This document shows positions 58,674 through 64,000 of a DNA stretch of 64,000 nucleotides, piece by piece; position 1 is the stretch's first letter, and the number at the start of each line of letters is the position of its first letter. The stretch comes from Spirochaetia bacterium (GTDB lineage: Bacteria > Spirochaetota > Spirochaetia > UBA9216): positions 992,001 to 1,056,000 of the forward strand of contig CAXXYH010000003.1 of NCBI GenBank assembly GCA_963677925.2, written 5' to 3'. The notes below the pieces were generated by a model. That model was given only the letters and a program-made list of their open reading frames with translations, did not search any database and was not told where the DNA came from. Both the position numbers and the translations under genes were made by a program.

Positions 58674-59103
58674 TCAAGTAATAGGTTCTGAGACTATAGC
58701 CGTTGCAGGGGTTTCGAAAAACCCTAATAAATTCGGCAGTGCGGTATACAGGGATCTGAAATCAAAGGGGTATAAGGTAGTCGGACTGAATCCGGTTATG
58801 GATAGTTTTGAGGGAGATCCCTGCTATAAGGCTCTCGCAGATATTCCCGAAAAACCTTCAGCCTTAATTTGTGTTGTGAAACCTGAAGTAACAGAAGTAC
58901 TTGTTCGTGAAGCTCACGGGCTGGGAATAGACAAGGTTTGGATGCAGCAGGGAGCTGAATCTGAAGAAGCGGTTAAATTCTGCAGAGATAACGGGATGAG
59001 TGTTGTATCAAATGCCTGTGTTATGATGTACGCAGAGCCGGTCAATTCAATACACAAATTTCACCGGGGACTTTCAAAACTTTTCGGAAAATACCAGAAA
59101 TAA
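58651..59103 (+). CDS. CoA-binding domain protein (YccU-like)
   Basis: IAVAGVS..P.KFG, LNP, VWMQQGAES, C. Confidence 0.88.
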   Translation: MSQREQIDQVIGSETIAVAGVSKNPNKFGSAVYRDLKSKGYKVVGLNPVMDSFEGDPCYKALADIPEKPSALICVVKPEVTEVLVREAHGLGIDKVWMQQGAESEEAVKFCRDNGMSVVSNACVMMYAEPVNSIHKFHRGLSKLFGKYQK

Positions 59104-59108
59104 ACAAA

Positions 59109-59136
59109 GCCCTTTGAAACCAAGGCGTCAAAGGGC
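59109..59136. terminator. Stem-loop between convergent genes
   Basis: GCCCTTTGA-N10-TCAAAGGGC. Confidence 0.55.
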
Positions 59137-59166
59137 CGCTTAAATATTTTGTAATCGTAAATATTA

Positions 59167-59973
59167 TTAGCTTCTATAGTTCTCCGGCAGCCAGTATCCG
59201 CTCATATCTTCAGTTGATCTGAAGGCAGTCTGTACTTCAAAACCGTTTTCACTGCTGCTGATTGTTCCTTCGAGAACCGCACCTGTAGCATACAGCTGCT
59301 TCCCGTCAAAACTGTAGGTAACAGTTTCAGTATAGCTGATATCACTGTTATTATTATTCAGTTCAAGTTTTCTCATGATACCTTCATCATCAAGCCATAC
59401 TCTGCCTGATAATTTGGCATAAGCATCTGTGGTTGATGAATCTACATCACTTACTGAAAGTCCAAGACTCTTCTCGAAACTGTATTCAAGTGAGGAGGCA
59501 GGGCAGTACATAACATATTCATATACTGTACATTCGTTTCCATTTACCGTTTCTGTAATCCCGGTATTATTAATCTTTGTATCTGCATAACTGTCAAATG
59601 GTGTGGTTCCGAGACTGTTATTTACTGACAATCTCTTCATAAGTGCATCAGAACTGCCGGCATAGCTTAACGCTAGAGCCTTTCCTTTAACAAGGTTTCC
59701 GCTTGCATTATCGATCGCCATTGAATCATTTTCATCATACCAGATGGTCAGAACCTCAGAGCTTACTGTATCACCGGAAGGACTCAGCTCTTCCCATACT
59801 ATCTTTTTTTCTTCAGGAAGGATTCCCGAACTTGCTTTTACGATTTCAGAAGCTTTCACCCATATATCATCACTTCCGGCAGAAGTATATTCGCCGCTGC
59901 CGGCTGCGAACACCTGCATTCCTGAAATCACGGTCATTACTACAGCTGCTGCTGCAATCATCTTTCTTTTCAT
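59167..59973 (-). CDS. Secreted hypothetical protein
   Basis: ATG 59973 after AGGAG; signal peptide ending VFAAGSGE. Confidence 0.72.
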   Translation of the reverse strand: MKRKMIAAAAVVMTVISGMQVFAAGSGEYTSAGSDDIWVKASEIVKASSGILPEEKKIVWEELSPSGDTVSSEVLTIWYDENDSMAIDNASGNLVKGKALALSYAGSSDALMKRLSVNNSLGTTPFDSYADTKINNTGITETVNGNECTVYEYVMYCPASSLEYSFEKSLGLSVSDVDSSTTDAYAKLSGRVWLDDEGIMRKLELNNNNSDISYTETVTYSFDGKQLYATGAVLEGTISSSENGFEVQTAFRSTEDMSGYWLPENYRS

Positions 59974-60160
59974 TTTAGAACTCCTGTTCAATAAGTTATG
60001 TAAATAACATAAGCCTCTATTGTCAGGATTATAAATTCGGGGAATGAAAGCTTGGTGGATTTATGCACACATGAAATTCATATTAGAGCTGAATTTGTGC
60101 AGGGGATATAATTTGTTGCTGCAGTGTAAACCGGTTGTAAACTGTTTAAGGCAGCGGATA

Positions 60161-61824
<1,664 letters not shown>

Positions 61825-62721
61825 TTATCCCTTTAATGCTTCCTTGCCGGAGACTATCTCTATCAGCTCATTGGTTATGGTTGCCTGTCTGGCATGGTTC
61901 TGCATTGTCACATACTTGTTAATAAGATCTTCCGAATTGTTTGTTGCATTTTCCATTGCAGTCATTCTTGATGAATGCTCGCTTAAAAGAGAATGCAGCA
62001 GATATGAATTGAGCCTGTATTTAAACATCAGATAACCCGCTGATACGGCCAGTTCATCACCGGAGGGTTCAATCTGTATCGGGCCTGCAGAGGCTTCTGA
62101 TTCTGCACCATCTGCACCATCTCCTGACTCAGACTTCTCCATAATTACCGGAAATACCTGTTTAAGCTCTGTCTCCTGCTGGAGAGCAGAATAGAAAATA
62201 TTACCTATAATATAGATCTTCTGAACATCACCTTTCATGAAACGTTCAAAAATATCCGACGCCATCTTATTGAGACGATCTTTTGTAAAGGTCTTCTCGG
62301 CTATCTCTGATTTTTGATAAACATCGTATTCTTTCCTGCGGCAGAAGGCAGTCCCCTTATTACCGATACTGGTCAACTCGACTTCGATGTCCTGCTCCTG
62401 CTTTTCACTGACAAATCTTTCTACGGCCTTTGTTACTGAACTGTTATGAGTTCCGCACAGGCCCTTATCTGCTGTAAACATTATTAAATGCACACGCTTT
62501 ACTTCCGGATATCCGCTAACAACAGGATGCACCAGCCCCTGCAGTGAAGCCATGAGTTCATTTGAGAATTCTCCTGCCTTTGCATGGAAGGTATTCAGGG
62601 CTGACTGAAGTCCATAGAGTTTCCGAAGCTTGATAGAGGAGATCATATTCATGGCCTTGGTGACCTTCTGCATATTCTGCAGCGAGCCGATTTTCCTTCC
62701 CAGGTCTCTTACATTACTCAT
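61825..62721 (-). CDS. atpG: F1 ATP synthase gamma subunit
   Basis: KVTKAMNMI, DKGLCG, SEHSSRMTAMENATNN, RQATITNELIEIVSG. Confidence 0.97.
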   Translation of the reverse strand: MSNVRDLGRKIGSLQNMQKVTKAMNMISSIKLRKLYGLQSALNTFHAKAGEFSNELMASLQGLVHPVVSGYPEVKRVHLIMFTADKGLCGTHNSSVTKAVERFVSEKQEQDIEVELTSIGNKGTAFCRRKEYDVYQKSEIAEKTFTKDRLNKMASDIFERFMKGDVQKIYIIGNIFYSALQQETELKQVFPVIMEKSESGDGADGAESEASAGPIQIEPSGDELAVSAGYLMFKYRLNSYLLHSLLSEHSSRMTAMENATNNSEDLINKYVTMQNHARQATITNELIEIVSGKEALKG

Positions 62722-62731
62722 AATAAACCGT

Positions 62732-64000
62732 TTACTTGCCTATGCTTCTTTTAATATCAATAATCAGTTTTCTGATATCATCAGCACCGTCTACTTCCAG
62801 CCAGTTCTTCTCAAATGCCGGATTCTGAACTATTTGAGCAAGAGAAGATATTACAACCAGGTGAAAGTGCCGCTGGTCCTGCGAGCCCGCAAGGAAAAAG
62901 ATTGAATGAACCTCAGACATCTGATCGTTAAACTTTATGCCCTTCTTTGAGCGGACAATCAGCATCTTGAAGATATTCTCGCCCTCAACAACAATGTGAG
63001 GTATTGCAAAGTAAGGACTTAGGGCAGTAGAGGAAGATTCTTCGCGTGCTATGAGTTTCTTATTAATATCAGACTTACTCATCTGCTCATATTGAAGGTG
63101 TTCTGAAGCGGTAGCGAACAGCTTCTTGAGATCATTGTTCCTATCATAATCGATAATCTCACAGGAAAGCACAAGGTCTTCAAAACGATCAGTCTCAACC
63201 TGATCTTTTCCGGTCATAATTTCTTCAAGTTCAGTTTCAAGCGAAGGTGATGCAAGCTCCCTTGCTGTAAGCCTCTCTACAAGCTTGAACATATCTCTGC
63301 TGATTCTGGAAGTACGCTGACTCAGGGCCATAGAGAGGTTAAGTGTATAACCGGAATCAATGTCGCTGTCAGCGGAATCCTCTCTGAATTTCTCTTCAAA
63401 TTTATCAAAGATCTTTTCAACCTCAGTTTCAAGTTCTTTTGAAAACGCCTTTTCACTCCGGAGTTTCTCCATAAAATCCGAGCCTTCGGAATCCAGAAAA
63501 TCAAAGAGCTCAGCCTGATAATTAAGAAGCTTCGCAGTCTTGTATTTATCAAGCCTGCCGGATGTACCGGCTTTCAGTATCATAATCTGTTTAAATACAT
63601 CAATAGGTGCGTACTGGTGCTGCTTGAGGATCTCGGTCAGTCTTTCACCGCGGTTAAGCTGCTGCTTTGTTGAGGCATCGAGGTCTGATGAAAACTGCAT
63701 GAAGGCTGCAAGTTCTCTGAACTGAGCAAGATCTATACGAAGCGAACTGGCAGTCTGCTTCATGGCCTTAAGCTGAGCATCACCGCCGACACGGGAAACC
63801 GAGATTCCAACGTTAATTGCCGGACGGAGTCCCGAGTTAAACAGATCCGCTTCAAGAAAGATCTGTCCGTCAGTGATTGAAATAATATTGGTAGGAATGT
63901 ATGCCGAAACATCGCCTTCCTGTGTTTCAACGATTGGAAGCGCTGTAAGTGAACCGCCGCCGAGTTCATCGCTCATCTTTGCCGCTCGTTCAAGAAGTCT
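62732..64000 (-). CDS. atpA: F1 ATP synthase alpha subunit (5' part outside window) fused to a C-terminal PTS EIIA-like domain
   Basis: Frame open to the window edge (RLLERAAK); [42 protein letters not shown]; ~215-aa extension with REESSST...AIPH. Confidence 0.93.
   Translation of the reverse strand, partial: RLLERAAKMSDELGGGSLTALPIVETQEGDVSAYIPTNIISITDGQIFLEADLFNSGLRPAINVGISVSRVGGDAQLKAMKQTASSLRIDLAQFRELAAFMQFSSDLDASTKQQLNRGERLTEILKQHQYAPIDVFKQIMILKAGTSGRLDKYKTAKLLNYQAELFDFLDSEGSDFMEKLRSEKAFSKELETEVEKIFDKFEEKFREDSADSDIDSGYTLNLSMALSQRTSRISRDMFKLVERLTARELASPSLETELEEIMTGKDQVETDRFEDLVLSCEIIDYDRNNDLKKLFATASEHLQYEQMSKSDINKKLIAREESSSTALSPYFAIPHIVVEGENIFKMLIVRSKKGIKFNDQMSEVHSIFFLAGSQDQRHFHLVVISSLAQIVQNPAFEKNWLEVDGADDIRKLIIDIKRSIGK

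Noticed and set aside
62085-62140. Low-complexity acidic stretch in AtpG as a regulatory insert
   Set aside because: Lies in a normally variable loop and has no Cys pair like the chloroplast redox insert

Overview
Gene-dense bacterial chromosomal window, most likely from a free-living spirochaete (inferred from FAGGQQE/FAAGSGE-type signal peptides, many lipoproteins and a LysM + lipoprotein pair). I saw no rRNA, tRNA, CRISPR array or transposase. Left to right: (1) 1-11.4 kb, a regulon-like cluster with a tandem double-TetR, Liv-type ABC importer, two alpha/beta hydrolases, two non-canonical FabH-like enzymes, an SDR and an HDCF-type thiolase, driven by two divergent promoter pairs that share a 4-copy operator; (2) 11.4-29 kb, mixed metabolic and signalling genes (ferredoxin, methyltransferase, TetR operon, EAL phosphodiesterase, degenerate Cache histidine kinase, radical SAM, MCP, GH16, DUF4139, YbaK, aldo-keto reductase, acetolactate synthase) plus a candidate structured leader RNA at ~29.4 kb; (3) 29.5-41 kb, surface lipoproteins including a 1288-aa transglutaminase-like protein, and a LysR-flavoprotein-MFS unit; (4) 41.5-55 kb, a Wsp-like chemosensory operon with no CheY whose last two genes are class III adenylate cyclases with complementary catalytic defects (predicted obligate heterodimer, like eukaryotic C1/C2), with an embedded PilZ protein; (5) 55-64 kb, slyX, LysM, a diguanylate cyclase and the end of an F-type ATP synthase operon in which AtpA carries a C-terminal PTS EIIA domain and epsilon lacks its C-terminal helices. 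Top candidates for new biology are the chemosensory heterodimeric adenylate cyclase system and the AtpA-EIIA fusion. All calls come from reading motifs by eye; no database searches were run.
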